Virus record (IMG/VR): IMGVR_UViG_3300010151_000009
Coordinates: 1 to 64,000 of that record
Direction: 5' to 3' (one strand)
DNA from: a virus
DNA length: 64,000 nt
Translations under genes and position numbers: made by a program
Shown here: positions 21,399 through 31,733 of the stretch, in pieces
How the letters are laid out: each line of letters opens with the position of its first letter
Position numbering within the stretch: position 1 is the first letter of the stretch
The notes under the pieces: model-generated
Databases searched by the model: none
The model's input: the letters and a program-made list of their open reading frames with translations, nothing else
What the model was told of the DNA's origin: nothing

Positions 21399-22952
21399 TT
21401 ATATATATCTAGGTAATGCTTTATAACCCCCACGTCTAGCTGTAGTATTCCTTCCTAAATCATAACCAGAGTAAGTTTTTTGTTTTAATTCTCCTGATCT
21501 AACTAAAGCGCTTTGTGTAGTAAAATTCTTTTCAAGATTTTCATTATATTCACCAACTTTCTTTGCATATTCTTGTTCTTGTTGTTTCTTCTCTGCTCTT
21601 GCTTTCTTTCTACCTGTTAATCCTTTTACTACCGCTGCTCCTGCTCCAACAACACCTCCAATAATTGCACCTGCAGCATTTCCTATACCAGGAACAACAG
21701 ATCCAATCATAGCTCCATATCCTGCATACTCTCCTGCAGTTCCTAAAATATCACCTGTAGCTTCACCGGCATTCCATGTAGTAGGGTCATTATCATCAGA
21801 TCCCATACTAATACCTTTCCCTACAATATTAGCTGCCATAGCATATGGACTAGGATTAACAGATGATGCAATTAATCCTTTTGTAGCTTCTTTACCTGCT
21901 TCAGTAGCTCCAGCTTTAACAAGTTCTGTTCCAACTTGTTTTGTTCCTTCTTTTACTACCTCTTTAGTTCCTTCTTTTACTACTTCTTTTCCTGCCTCTT
22001 TAACTAATTCTTTACCACCTTCTTTAACAAGTTCTTTTCCTCCTTCCGTAGCAAGTGTTTTAACTCCTTCTTGTGTTGCCAGTTGTGTACCCTTCTGTAA
22101 AGCTAACTCTTGTGCTTTCTTAGTAGCTAAATCAGTTGCTGCTTTACTAGCTACCTCAGTACCTTTCTGTGTAACTAGTTCTGCACCTTTCTTAGCAGCT
22201 AATTCTGAACCTTCTTCAACAGCTACCTTTGATCCTTCTGTAGCTAAAGTTTGAACTCCTTGTTTACCTATTTCTTGTCCAGCTTGTTGTTGTAGTATTT
22301 GTGCAGTTTGATCGCCTCCAAAAGAAGTTAATGCATCCATTGTGCTACCTTGTCCTGCCTGAACAACTCCTTCACCTATTAATTGGCCTCCTTCTTGTGT
22401 AGCTTGTTGAGTAACCTGATCAGCCAATAATTTAGAAGTCTCGTCTTTTGCTGCCCCAGCTACACTCTCTTTTAAAGCGTCTCCAGTTACTTGTCCAGCT
22501 TTTGGGTCAATCCATTTACCAGATGATTTAATAATTTCTTTACCCTGTCTTTTAGCCATTTCTTCCGCCCCTTCTTTTATGACTTTAGATCCACTTCCTA
22601 CCAGACTAGATATTTGCTGGCTTTTAGCATCACGCTGCTGTTGTGATATTAAGAGTTGTTCTTCATTTTCTTTTTTCTTATCTATAAGTTCTTGTACATT
22701 TTCAGATGCATCAGCTGTTAACTGGTCTTTCTCCGCATCCCATTTTGCTACTCTAGCCGCTTGAATTTCTGGACCTTGTTCTTCATAAACAGTCATAGAA
22801 GTAGAACCTCGTCCTGCATCAGCAATAGTATTCTCATCATACATACCACCACCTTGACCACCTGTTTGATATCTATTACGTACTCCGCCTTTACGTTTCT
22901 TTCTTTTGGGCGCTCCAAAAGGTATCAGTTTTTTATATGTTGTTGTTTTCAT
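21399..22952 (-). CDS. Ejection/cargo protein with C-terminal glycine-zipper membrane segment
   Basis: 517 aa. Glycine zipper AGYGAMIGSVVPGIGNAAGAIIGGVVGAGAAVV followed by a basic coiled coil; lies immediately downstream of the muzzle gene. Confidence 0.7.
   Translation of the reverse strand: MKTTTYKKLIPFGAPKRKKRKGGVRNRYQTGGQGGGMYDENTIADAGRGSTSMTVYEEQGPEIQAARVAKWDAEKDQLTADASENVQELIDKKKENEEQLLISQQQRDAKSQQISSLVGSGSKVIKEGAEEMAKRQGKEIIKSSGKWIDPKAGQVTGDALKESVAGAAKDETSKLLADQVTQQATQEGGQLIGEGVVQAGQGSTMDALTSFGGDQTAQILQQQAGQEIGKQGVQTLATEGSKVAVEEGSELAAKKGAELVTQKGTEVASKAATDLATKKAQELALQKGTQLATQEGVKTLATEGGKELVKEGGKELVKEAGKEVVKEGTKEVVKEGTKQVGTELVKAGATEAGKEATKGLIASSVNPSPYAMAANIVGKGISMGSDDNDPTTWNAGEATGDILGTAGEYAGYGAMIGSVVPGIGNAAGAIIGGVVGAGAAVVKGLTGRKKARAEKKQQEQEYAKKVGEYNENLEKNFTTQSALVRSGELKQKTYSGYDLGRNTTARRGGYKALPRYI
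21930..22070 (-). repeat. Degenerate in-frame 24-bp tandem repeat (8-aa unit KE(G/A)(G/T)KE(L/V)V)
   Basis: Translation reads TEGGKELV KEGGKELV KEAGKEVV KEGTKEVV KEGTKQVG. Confidence 0.8.
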
Positions 22953-22957
22953 GTTTT

Positions 22958-25900
22958 TTATCTATAAAATTTTCTTTGCTCTACCTTTGTAGAATACAAA
23001 TTTAGTAAATTATTTTCAATATTATCATAAATTAAACGAATTCCTATCCATTTATCTATAAATTTTCTTTGTTGGTCCCAAGTTTTATTAAGATTTAGGT
23101 ATCCTGCTGTAACAGTTTTTGTCATACCCGTCTCAGTAAACATAGATTGTGTATTTGAAGTTGTTAAGGTTCCAGTATTAACTTGCCCTATAACATTAAG
23201 ATTTGGTGATGTATAATATGCAGCTGTTTGTGTTGTATCTGCACTTAAGTCTCTAAATCTATTAATCTTCCAATGATTTCCTATACGTCTTATATTAACT
23301 AAATATTCTAATATATCATTTGGCTGTGTACCATCTCCAGAAACCTGGAATGTATTATATAAAAAGAATGATGTCCATCCGTGCTCTAATACTCTTACTC
23401 CAGCTTCATTTTCTACATCACATGTATAGCCTATATTAGCAGTTAATACATCAAAAGTTGAAGTTTCATTATGAATAAATTCAAAAACACAATCATGAAA
23501 TATTCTTTGTAAATCACCTCCATTAAAAGTAGCTATATGTCCATGCGCATCTTCTTGATATAGTACTCCTCTTATAATATCACTATTATGTTTCCATATA
23601 GCAGTATTACCATATGTTGTACCAAATCCATCATTTACAGTTAAAATAACTGGATATTGATCTGTCATAGAATAAAAATCTGTAGAAGTATTAAAATAAA
23701 TATAAGGTATATAAGTATGGAAACTACTCCAAATATTTAATTCTGGATAATAAGATATTGTCCACCCTCCTTTTGTAAAATAAGCTGGATCATCCCAAGA
23801 AATTGGAGTCCAAGGGTTACATGGAGGTGCAGGTGGAGGCATAGCTATACATGGAAAATAAACTTTAAACACGCATTCATCAGCTATCCACGCCACGGCT
23901 CCTGCAGGAGGCGGAGCAGAAGTAATACTTGTACTATCTATCAAAAGCTGTGTAGGGTCTATTTGTCTCTTTGTTAAAATTATTCTTCTATATTTTGGAT
24001 CCCAAATTGTATGTAATCCGGTTCCTGCTATAGGATTATCTAATCCTCCCATACATGCTTCCTGGACTCCAAATTGAGATAAAGTATCAAATGTAGATAA
24101 ATTATCTTGAAACCATTGTTTCATACCTAAATCACTAAGTTCAACAAGTTTATCTCTCATTAAGAATACTTTTCTAGTAGCAGCATTAACAAAGAAGTAT
24201 CCATGTCTTGTTGTAATGGCTGCCCATTGAGATTGAGTTCCACCATATCCTCCATCAGTTGAAATAATCTCTGTTGGTTCTTGTTCAAATAAATCTCCAC
24301 TTCCTAAATATGCATCTGATCCATCTCCCATTTGCATAGTTTGTTTTCCCGTTGCTTTAAATAAAGTTTCTTCCATATGGAAGTATAATAAATTATTAAA
24401 AGCAGATAACTTCCACAAGTCTCCTCTATTCTTAGGAAGATCTTTAAATTGATTAGCTAAGAATACTCTATAATTATCTATAATACTAGATGTATCTGCT
24501 TTAGCACTTCTATGTACTCGAGTAGGAAATTCATCTTGTGTTGTATCTAAAACTGGTAATGGAAAAGCAGGCCTTAAATCATTGTTCTCAGAGTAATTTG
24601 AATTATATTTCATATTATCTACATGAGTAAAATCATGGTCATCTACTCCAGCACTTATTAACATATTTTTAGCTACAGATCCAGGAAAGTACATACTTTT
24701 ACTAGATTCTTCATGTCTAAAATTTATATTATCAGTTCCTTCGGTTATATAATAATGTAAAGCTTTTCTAGGATTTGAAGGACTACTAGCATCACTTGGT
24801 TTTATATGAGAAGCAAACCCGTATCTGCATATATATGTATCTCCGCCATATATATTTTTATCTATTAAAGGCTTATCCCATACACTACTATCTAAAGTTT
24901 TCGTACGATAATCAGCAGTATTTCCACTAGATCCATTAGATCTATAATATACATCAGTACTAGCTGATCCGCTCCAACCATTATCTAGAGTAGGCTCATC
25001 AAAAACAAAATTTTCCATGTCATCTCCTAAGCATTCCCATCCTGTCCAAATTAAATTCTGAGTATCAACTGATTTATACAGATCTGTTTTAAAAGCTACA
25101 AGATTACCTATGTTATAAGCTGATCTAGCTCCAGGGACACCACTAGCATTTATCTCATTAATTGCTAATGAAGGAAATAGTCCAGTATTATGCATATAAT
25201 CTCCCCATTCATTTGGTTGAGGACATCCAGGAGCAGATATTGGTAAGGTTAAATTTTGATTCCATCCTGGTCTGTTATAAGTAGAATCAGCATACATTTC
25301 ATGTTCATCCGCAAAGCCAAGAGCTATACAACTTTCTCCAAATTCATTGAATAATTTACCTCCAAACCCTAAAGCTGTACCATTAAATATAGAATCTCCT
25401 AATAAATATGTTTTTGCTTTTTGCCCTAACATTCTAGGATATCTATAAAATCCATTACTACTTCCACCATTTTGTGATCTATAACCGGACTGATATAGAA
25501 CTCCCGCAAATATAGCTGTATGCATTCGTTGGGGGTAACAATTAAATTGTGCATCCCATCCCCATTCTTCTTTAGGCACTTTCATTTTTGGATCAGTAGA
25601 CTCATCCTCAACTAACTTAGTTTGCATTCTTTTCTCTTGATCTAATCCTGGACCATTAAATGCTATATTCTTAACTCTATAACAATTCTTATAATGTGTT
25701 GCTGGAGTAATACTTTCTTTACTTCTTAATAAATAAAAATCATGAAAAGAAAATATCTCATAAGCATAATCACAAGTATTAGGTGGACCTTCACATCCAA
25801 ATGTATTTGTATACCATGTTCCATCCGAATCATCTATGAATTGCAAAGGAGTTGAATACGCCCAAGGAGAAACTGCAGTTGGATCTTTAATCCAAAACTG

Positions 25901-28732
25901 TTCTGGCAAATCTTGTAAAGTACTATTAATCTGTATTGCATCTGAATTACCTACACCTTCTTGACATATACCTAATTGTTCAAATTTTTGAATCATAGGA
26001 ATTATAGCACTTTGTCCTAAAATAGTTCTATTATTATGAGTTCTATCTGCATGATAAATTCTAAATCCTTGAACTTTATCGGCTATACTTCGTGGTATTT
26101 TAATATCTCTTAAAGAGAATCCCAATCGTCTAACTTTATGTGATAATTTTAAATCAGTAAAACAAGCAGCAGGAACTGTAGCAGCTGAAGATAATACACA
26201 AAATCGTACTCTAGTTTCAGGACAATCATTATCTACATCGGCTTCTCCCCAATTTGCTTGTCTAACATCTGAATCAGTATTACCATCACAATGCGCTTCT
26301 ACCCAAATAGATTCTCCTGGTTGTAAATGAAAAGTTCTTCCTGTACATCCTGTATCTCCATTCCATGAATGGCACCCGCTATTATTTGAACTATCCCAAT
26401 CTAACCAACCACTTCCATTTCCTCCAGTACATGATGGAGGTCCCCATGTTACTGTTCCACCTCCGCAATCAGGCCACCTAAAATCATCAGATCCAATACA
26501 ATCTGTACATTCTGCTCCTAATACACCTGTACTATTAAATCTGGCACAGCATGGAGAACTAGGATCATTAGTTGTTTTTTGTCTAAGTACAAGAAAATAA
26601 TCACAAGTTACATCCATTTCTTGATCTGCAGTAAATCTACTTGTACCTCCACCTACCCATAATGCTGCTTGCATTGCTGGATCATTAGCACCATCTGACT
26701 GTTCAAAACGCATACGCGTCCAATTACCACCATTTGATAATGTATTACAATAGCAACAATTACGATGATAAAATATTAAAACTCCAGTCCAAGCTGGTGT
26801 ATTTGCTGCCCCAATACCTTCACTTAATTCTTGTTCACAATAATGATCTGCTTCAATTGCTTTAAAAGCTGAATTCTCATTTGATGGAAAATGATGATGC
26901 CTTACCTTTTGTCCTTGTATAGTGCCTACTGGTAGCATAGTGGTACCAGTAAATGGATTAGTAAAAGAATTTTCATCCCATATTTCATAGTCAGGAGTAC
27001 TAGGATATCTTTCCGTAGCATTTTCCCAATAATTCATACCGTTACAATTAGGCCATAATCCTGTAAAACTATATTCAAAAAAGTGAAAGTTTCTAGAGTG
27101 TATACTTAAATCTCTAAAAGCTTTTGCTGTATTAAAATTATCCGGTTGATCTAATTCTTTCATAGTTGGAGATGCTCCTCCTAAATTATCAATAATATCT
27201 CTTCCTGGAATATGATATGCATAAGTCATACTACCATCGGTCAAAATAAAAGCTATATAAAAAGCATATATTTCATCTCTCATATATCCTCTATACTTTT
27301 CTGCATTTGGAACATATCTATAAGATAATTGATGATCAACAACTTGATTTACACCATTAAATCTATCAACAGTTCTTGATAAAAATCCAGTTTCTAAATT
27401 ATCAACGGTTAAATATACTTCATCAAACCCTCGTAAATTTCCACCTCCTGGAGGATCACTTTCCATTAAATAAGTTTCTGGTGCTAATTTTATATTATTA
27501 GCATACTTTTGATATCCTACATCTTTAGTACCTGTTGTATTTCCTAGATATAATATTCCATCTAATTGCTGTAGTGTTTTAGCTGTATCATAAGCTGTAG
27601 TATCTACAATTACTTCTTCTACTGCAGCAGACTCAAAAGTTTCATTACCACTAAATATAACTTCCATATAAGGAAGACTATCAGGATATAGAAGACCTCC
27701 AGGTGGAGGTAGAGTTGAAATTTCCATATCTTTTAATTTAAAAGCTTCTACAGCATCTCCCATCTTACGAATAACAACAGGTCTAATATATTTATAATCC
27801 TCATTTAAATTAGTAACTCTCCATACACATGCCTTAGATGTTTGACTTCCCTCTTTCATTCCATCTTTCTTAGTTGTAGGTCTAGTATGATCATACTCAT
27901 CAACAAGTGAAACTGGATTAGAAATGGTTACATAATTTGTAGCATTTAAATCTACATCCACATATGCTAAAGCTAAATGATATACACCTGTTTTAAGGCC
28001 ACCCCCTTCAACAACAGCTGTTTGTCTTCCTGTATATATCCCACTAATAGCATCTTGGTAGTCCCATCTATTAAACGTATGAATATGTGGGATAGGGCCT
28101 GAATTAGGAAATAAATTAAGTAAATCTATATGTTTATTGTGAGTACTCCATGGTAAAATACCATATATATGCTTTACATTTCCACCAAATGAATTATTTG
28201 CTCTTAATTGCCTATCTATATTTAATGTTCTTGGCGCATTAGTATTATCTGTCCAATAAATAATTAAATCTCCTTTAGCATCTATCTTATAAGTTCCTTC
28301 AATTGGGGAGTCTGTAGTAAATAAAAAATCTCTTCCAGGATAATAAGTTCCAGACACAGTATGTTGAGGATTTAAGACTACAGTATAAGCTTCAGTTGAA
28401 CTATCCCATATACCTATTTCTGAATCAGGATGAAAAGGAATAAGTAAATCCGTAGGACGTGTATCTACAACAAATAAAATAACTCGTTCAGACGTAACTT
28501 CTATAGCTCCAATAACTTTATTATTTTGAGATCCAAATATTTGAGCTGGAACAGCAGCTAAATTCGTTGGTGTACCTATATGCCCTGCATAATCAGTTCC
28601 TCCTTCATTACTAATAGAACCTTCTTTTTCATTTATGATTATATTCTTAGCATGTCTCCAAGTTCCTTGAGGCTGATCTATCTCTCCAGTATCTTTGAAG
28701 AGACCTTTTATAAATTTTTTATCATCAGCCAT
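22958..28732 (-). CDS. Tail muzzle / tail stabilisation protein with Cys-rich insertion
   Basis: 1924 aa. N-terminal KGLFKD...RHAKN, IYWTDNTNAPRTLNI, RGYMRDEIYAFYI, YGGDTYI, C-terminal WTISYYPELNIWSSFHTYIP and KFIDKWIGIRLIYDN are blocks typical of crAss-like muzzle proteins; it follows a ring gene. Confidence 0.85.
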   Translation of the reverse strand: MADDKKFIKGLFKDTGEIDQPQGTWRHAKNIIINEKEGSISNEGGTDYAGHIGTPTNLAAVPAQIFGSQNNKVIGAIEVTSERVILFVVDTRPTDLLIPFHPDSEIGIWDSSTEAYTVVLNPQHTVSGTYYPGRDFLFTTDSPIEGTYKIDAKGDLIIYWTDNTNAPRTLNIDRQLRANNSFGGNVKHIYGILPWSTHNKHIDLLNLFPNSGPIPHIHTFNRWDYQDAISGIYTGRQTAVVEGGGLKTGVYHLALAYVDVDLNATNYVTISNPVSLVDEYDHTRPTTKKDGMKEGSQTSKACVWRVTNLNEDYKYIRPVVIRKMGDAVEAFKLKDMEISTLPPPGGLLYPDSLPYMEVIFSGNETFESAAVEEVIVDTTAYDTAKTLQQLDGILYLGNTTGTKDVGYQKYANNIKLAPETYLMESDPPGGGNLRGFDEVYLTVDNLETGFLSRTVDRFNGVNQVVDHQLSYRYVPNAEKYRGYMRDEIYAFYIAFILTDGSMTYAYHIPGRDIIDNLGGASPTMKELDQPDNFNTAKAFRDLSIHSRNFHFFEYSFTGLWPNCNGMNYWENATERYPSTPDYEIWDENSFTNPFTGTTMLPVGTIQGQKVRHHHFPSNENSAFKAIEADHYCEQELSEGIGAANTPAWTGVLIFYHRNCCYCNTLSNGGNWTRMRFEQSDGANDPAMQAALWVGGGTSRFTADQEMDVTCDYFLVLRQKTTNDPSSPCCARFNSTGVLGAECTDCIGSDDFRWPDCGGGTVTWGPPSCTGGNGSGWLDWDSSNNSGCHSWNGDTGCTGRTFHLQPGESIWVEAHCDGNTDSDVRQANWGEADVDNDCPETRVRFCVLSSAATVPAACFTDLKLSHKVRRLGFSLRDIKIPRSIADKVQGFRIYHADRTHNNRTILGQSAIIPMIQKFEQLGICQEGVGNSDAIQINSTLQDLPEQFWIKDPTAVSPWAYSTPLQFIDDSDGTWYTNTFGCEGPPNTCDYAYEIFSFHDFYLLRSKESITPATHYKNCYRVKNIAFNGPGLDQEKRMQTKLVEDESTDPKMKVPKEEWGWDAQFNCYPQRMHTAIFAGVLYQSGYRSQNGGSSNGFYRYPRMLGQKAKTYLLGDSIFNGTALGFGGKLFNEFGESCIALGFADEHEMYADSTYNRPGWNQNLTLPISAPGCPQPNEWGDYMHNTGLFPSLAINEINASGVPGARSAYNIGNLVAFKTDLYKSVDTQNLIWTGWECLGDDMENFVFDEPTLDNGWSGSASTDVYYRSNGSSGNTADYRTKTLDSSVWDKPLIDKNIYGGDTYICRYGFASHIKPSDASSPSNPRKALHYYITEGTDNINFRHEESSKSMYFPGSVAKNMLISAGVDDHDFTHVDNMKYNSNYSENNDLRPAFPLPVLDTTQDEFPTRVHRSAKADTSSIIDNYRVFLANQFKDLPKNRGDLWKLSAFNNLLYFHMEETLFKATGKQTMQMGDGSDAYLGSGDLFEQEPTEIISTDGGYGGTQSQWAAITTRHGYFFVNAATRKVFLMRDKLVELSDLGMKQWFQDNLSTFDTLSQFGVQEACMGGLDNPIAGTGLHTIWDPKYRRIILTKRQIDPTQLLIDSTSITSAPPPAGAVAWIADECVFKVYFPCIAMPPPAPPCNPWTPISWDDPAYFTKGGWTISYYPELNIWSSFHTYIPYIYFNTSTDFYSMTDQYPVILTVNDGFGTTYGNTAIWKHNSDIIRGVLYQEDAHGHIATFNGGDLQRIFHDCVFEFIHNETSTFDVLTANIGYTCDVENEAGVRVLEHGWTSFFLYNTFQVSGDGTQPNDILEYLVNIRRIGNHWKINRFRDLSADTTQTAAYYTSPNLNVIGQVNTGTLTTSNTQSMFTETGMTKTVTAGYLNLNKTWDQQRKFIDKWIGIRLIYDNIENNLLNLYSTKVEQRKFYR

Positions 28733-29616
28733 TATTCTCTATATAAATTTTCTCGTGTATTTAACTGTTCAAAAGCTGTATCATGAGCACTTATATTTGG
28801 TACTAATCTAACCCATTGATTCATGAATGATTCCATACGATCAATATCTGGATAATTAGCTGCATTTCTAGCCTGAGTACAATAATATTTCCATTGAGTT
28901 TCAGCAATCTCATAAGTTATACCATTTTTCTTTATATCTGGTTTAGATAATAAAAGTTTTTTGTATATATACCAAAACATAGCCTCTCTGAAACTTATAT
29001 CATCTGGAACTAATGGATAACATTCCTCATCTGTAGGAAACGCCATATAACTTAAACAAATTTTTCCTGATTTAAAAGATGTTTTAATATAATCACAGTC
29101 TATTATATACGTATCTTCATACATAGTAGTCTCATTTACACATCCTTCACAATGCATACTTTTATGAAAATTGCTTGCTCCGTATTGCAATGGCTGTAAT
29201 ACGTTAGTACTATTAAAATAAATATTTTCTAGTACTACTATTCTCGCATTGATTTCATGTAGTATGGAAGCAGTAGCTGTGTAATCTTGTCCTGCTGCTG
29301 TAGCATCTAAAATAGCCTGTTGAAGTTCTTTTACTTTAGCAGTAAGAGTATCTAACTCCGTTGAAGTTATAGGAGCTACAGAATCATTAATAGCTACCTG
29401 GTTAATATAATATAAATCCTCCGGTAATACCACTTTATGATCTACAACAGTAAGAACACATTGTTTTCTACATAATTGAGTACTAGCCCCAATATGTTCT
29501 AACGCCTCACCTATCCATTCTATTGCATCATAAACCCAGTTATCATCTTCAGGTTTAATATCTCTAAAGACTTTTCTTATTACAGTTTTACACGATGTTG
29601 TTTTATATGTAGCCAT
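28732..29616 (-). CDS. Tail ring (tubular) protein
   Basis: 294 aa. EWIGEALEHIG, IKTSFKSGKICLSY, DEECYPLVPD and WKYYCTQAR match the crAss-like ring protein pattern; adjacent to the muzzle. Confidence 0.8.
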   Translation of the reverse strand: MATYKTTSCKTVIRKVFRDIKPEDDNWVYDAIEWIGEALEHIGASTQLCRKQCVLTVVDHKVVLPEDLYYINQVAINDSVAPITSTELDTLTAKVKELQQAILDATAAGQDYTATASILHEINARIVVLENIYFNSTNVLQPLQYGASNFHKSMHCEGCVNETTMYEDTYIIDCDYIKTSFKSGKICLSYMAFPTDEECYPLVPDDISFREAMFWYIYKKLLLSKPDIKKNGITYEIAETQWKYYCTQARNAANYPDIDRMESFMNQWVRLVPNISAHDTAFEQLNTRENLYRE

Positions 29617-29617
29617 T

Positions 29618-30091
29618 TTAATGTTTTTTAAATTTCAAATATGCTAATTCATCTGTTTTCAAAAGATTAATTAATTTTTCTTTATTACCTTTAATTCCTC
29701 TTGTAGCATCAAATCTATATGCAGATTTATTTGGTATTTTACACTTTCCTTTATTCCAATAATATTTACAATAAAACTCATCAGTATAATAAATATGCCA
29801 TTTAATTCCTGACTTAGTAGTCTTACTATAAAGCTCCTTACCTTGATCTAATAATTCCTGCTTATACCTATTACTCTCTCCCCAATCAATTCTAGGAGAC
29901 CTAGGATCTCTTTCTCTTCTAGAAATAGATAAAGCAGATAAATTATTTCCCATATAAAAGATTTTTCCTTCTAATATCTGATCTATAATCCATAGATTAA
30001 ACTCTTGGCATAAATCCGTAAATAATCGTTTATCTATAGGTTCATGCTCATCTTGATAAGCTAAATATATTTCAGATAAGTTATGAGTCAT
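29618..30091 (-). CDS. crAss-type IHF/HU-like DNA-binding protein
   Basis: 157 aa, basic, with ILEGKIFYMGNNLSALSI, RIDWGES and YYWNK...YRF; syntenic position between ring genes. Confidence 0.65.
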   Translation of the reverse strand: MTHNLSEIYLAYQDEHEPIDKRLFTDLCQEFNLWIIDQILEGKIFYMGNNLSALSISRRERDPRSPRIDWGESNRYKQELLDQGKELYSKTTKSGIKWHIYYTDEFYCKYYWNKGKCKIPNKSAYRFDATRGIKGNKEKLINLLKTDELAYLKFKKH

Positions 30092-30952
30092 CTATTCAAA
30101 TAAAAGAGGTGTACCAGGTTCTATAAATCCTCCAGTTCTATATTTGGGCCCATACTTAACACTGTCTGCCCTTTTCTTCGCCTTTTTCGTTTTATCTGAT
30201 TGCGTTTCTTGATTTTTCTTCTTATTATTTTTATTTTTATTTTTAGTTATACTAGTTGGCTTTTTCTCTTTAGGCCTTTGAATACTATCAGGAATTCCAT
30301 TTTTATCTTTATCCCAATCATCATTCTTAGTGGTGTTATCCTTCTTTGTTAATGTATCAGGATAAGACTTCTTCACATCCCATTTACCAGTTTTCTTATA
30401 GACTTCATTCTGTCTTTTAGCTTCTTTGGTATACTCTGCCTCACTCATATTTTTATACGTCTTACTTCTATTTTTATAAGCTTGACTATAAGACTTCTTC
30501 TTCGTAGTAGTTTTCTTAGTATTGTTATCTGTTTTTACAGTATTGTTTGTTGGAGTAGTATCTGTTTTAACAGTTGTATTTGTTGTAGTAGTAGTACTCT
30601 TATTATCTTTCTTATTCTGTAATTCAGTAGTTTTATCTGATGTATACCCTCTCTTATCTGCTTTTATCTTTTTACGTAGAGTTCTTCTTTCTTGTCTATC
30701 TTCTTTTTTCATTGCTCTCCTACCCTTTCTCCATTCTTTTCTTTTAGTTCGGATAGCCTTTCTACTAGATTTTCTATCTGCCTTTCTTTCATCTTTAGGC
30801 ATTCTAGATTCTTCTCCAGCATCATTTATTTTATCCTTTCTTTTTAATCTCCATTCTTTTCTTTTTGAACGGATTGCAGTTCGAGAAGCTTTTCTATCTG
30901 CTCTTCTTTCTTCTCGTTGTGCTTTTCTTAATGTTCTAACTTGATTTGCCAT
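30092..30952 (-). CDS. Highly basic Lys/Arg-rich low-complexity protein (putative DNA-condensing core protein)
   Basis: 286 aa. Duplicated ERxADRKxSRxAIRxKRKEWR helix, Thr/Lys-rich linker, C-terminal KYRTGG motif. Confidence 0.6.
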   Translation of the reverse strand: MANQVRTLRKAQREERRADRKASRTAIRSKRKEWRLKRKDKINDAGEESRMPKDERKADRKSSRKAIRTKRKEWRKGRRAMKKEDRQERRTLRKKIKADKRGYTSDKTTELQNKKDNKSTTTTTNTTVKTDTTPTNNTVKTDNNTKKTTTKKKSYSQAYKNRSKTYKNMSEAEYTKEAKRQNEVYKKTGKWDVKKSYPDTLTKKDNTTKNDDWDKDKNGIPDSIQRPKEKKPTSITKNKNKNNKKKNQETQSDKTKKAKKRADSVKYGPKYRTGGFIEPGTPLLFE

Positions 30953-30971
30953 TGCTTTTTATTTTAAATTA

Positions 30972-31733
30972 TTATTGTTCAGTTTGTTGTTGTGAAGACT
31001 TAGGTGTTCCTCCCACAGTTCTAAGATCTTGAGTTCTATCAGTTAAGATATCACTAAAAGTTCCCGTTAATAAGGCTAATTCACCGCCTACTAATCCTTG
31101 ATTAATTAAATTTACCATATCCCAAGGAATAGGATAATCCGTTATATCATCATCATAACAGATTGATCCATCAACACAATCTGTAAACTCTGATATCTCT
31201 TGGGGATTTTGAAAGACTCCTCTAACATTAATATACTTAAGTCCTTGTGCTCCCCATATAAACATACGATCTCCTAACATATAAGCTTTCATCATATCAC
31301 TTGTATATTTATCAAACCCTAAGAAAGGAATCATATTTGCATTAATAAAAGGAATCTTACCGGTTCCTGATACATCCCCTACATATGTTATAGCTTCCTC
31401 AAAATTATAACGTACAGTTTTAGGAATTGTTAATTTTGTTCTATAGACACTACATCCAGTTTTAAGAGAGGGCTCATGACAATGCACTGCTACTCCTTTC
31501 TGAATATGTTGTATACAATTATTTGCATCTACTTTCTCTAGTTCTAAACAGCCTAAATTTTGTTCTACATGTCTACTAGTAAATCCATTTCGAGCATGAT
31601 CTCTTCTAATAAACATTGCTCTATAATGCTGTATATTAAACTTAATTTGAGGAATAGATATATGTTCATCATGATTAGATCTACCTCCTCGTAAGAGATT
31701 TAATAAATTATATGCTAGTTCATTTAATGTCAT
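30972..31733 (-). CDS. Tail ring protein
   Basis: 253 aa. MTLNELAYNLLNLLRGG, QNLGCLELEKVD, INVRGVFQNP and YPIP match the crAss-like ring protein pattern. Confidence 0.8.
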   Translation of the reverse strand: MTLNELAYNLLNLLRGGRSNHDEHISIPQIKFNIQHYRAMFIRRDHARNGFTSRHVEQNLGCLELEKVDANNCIQHIQKGVAVHCHEPSLKTGCSVYRTKLTIPKTVRYNFEEAITYVGDVSGTGKIPFINANMIPFLGFDKYTSDMMKAYMLGDRMFIWGAQGLKYINVRGVFQNPQEISEFTDCVDGSICYDDDITDYPIPWDMVNLINQGLVGGELALLTGTFSDILTDRTQDLRTVGGTPKSSQQQTEQ

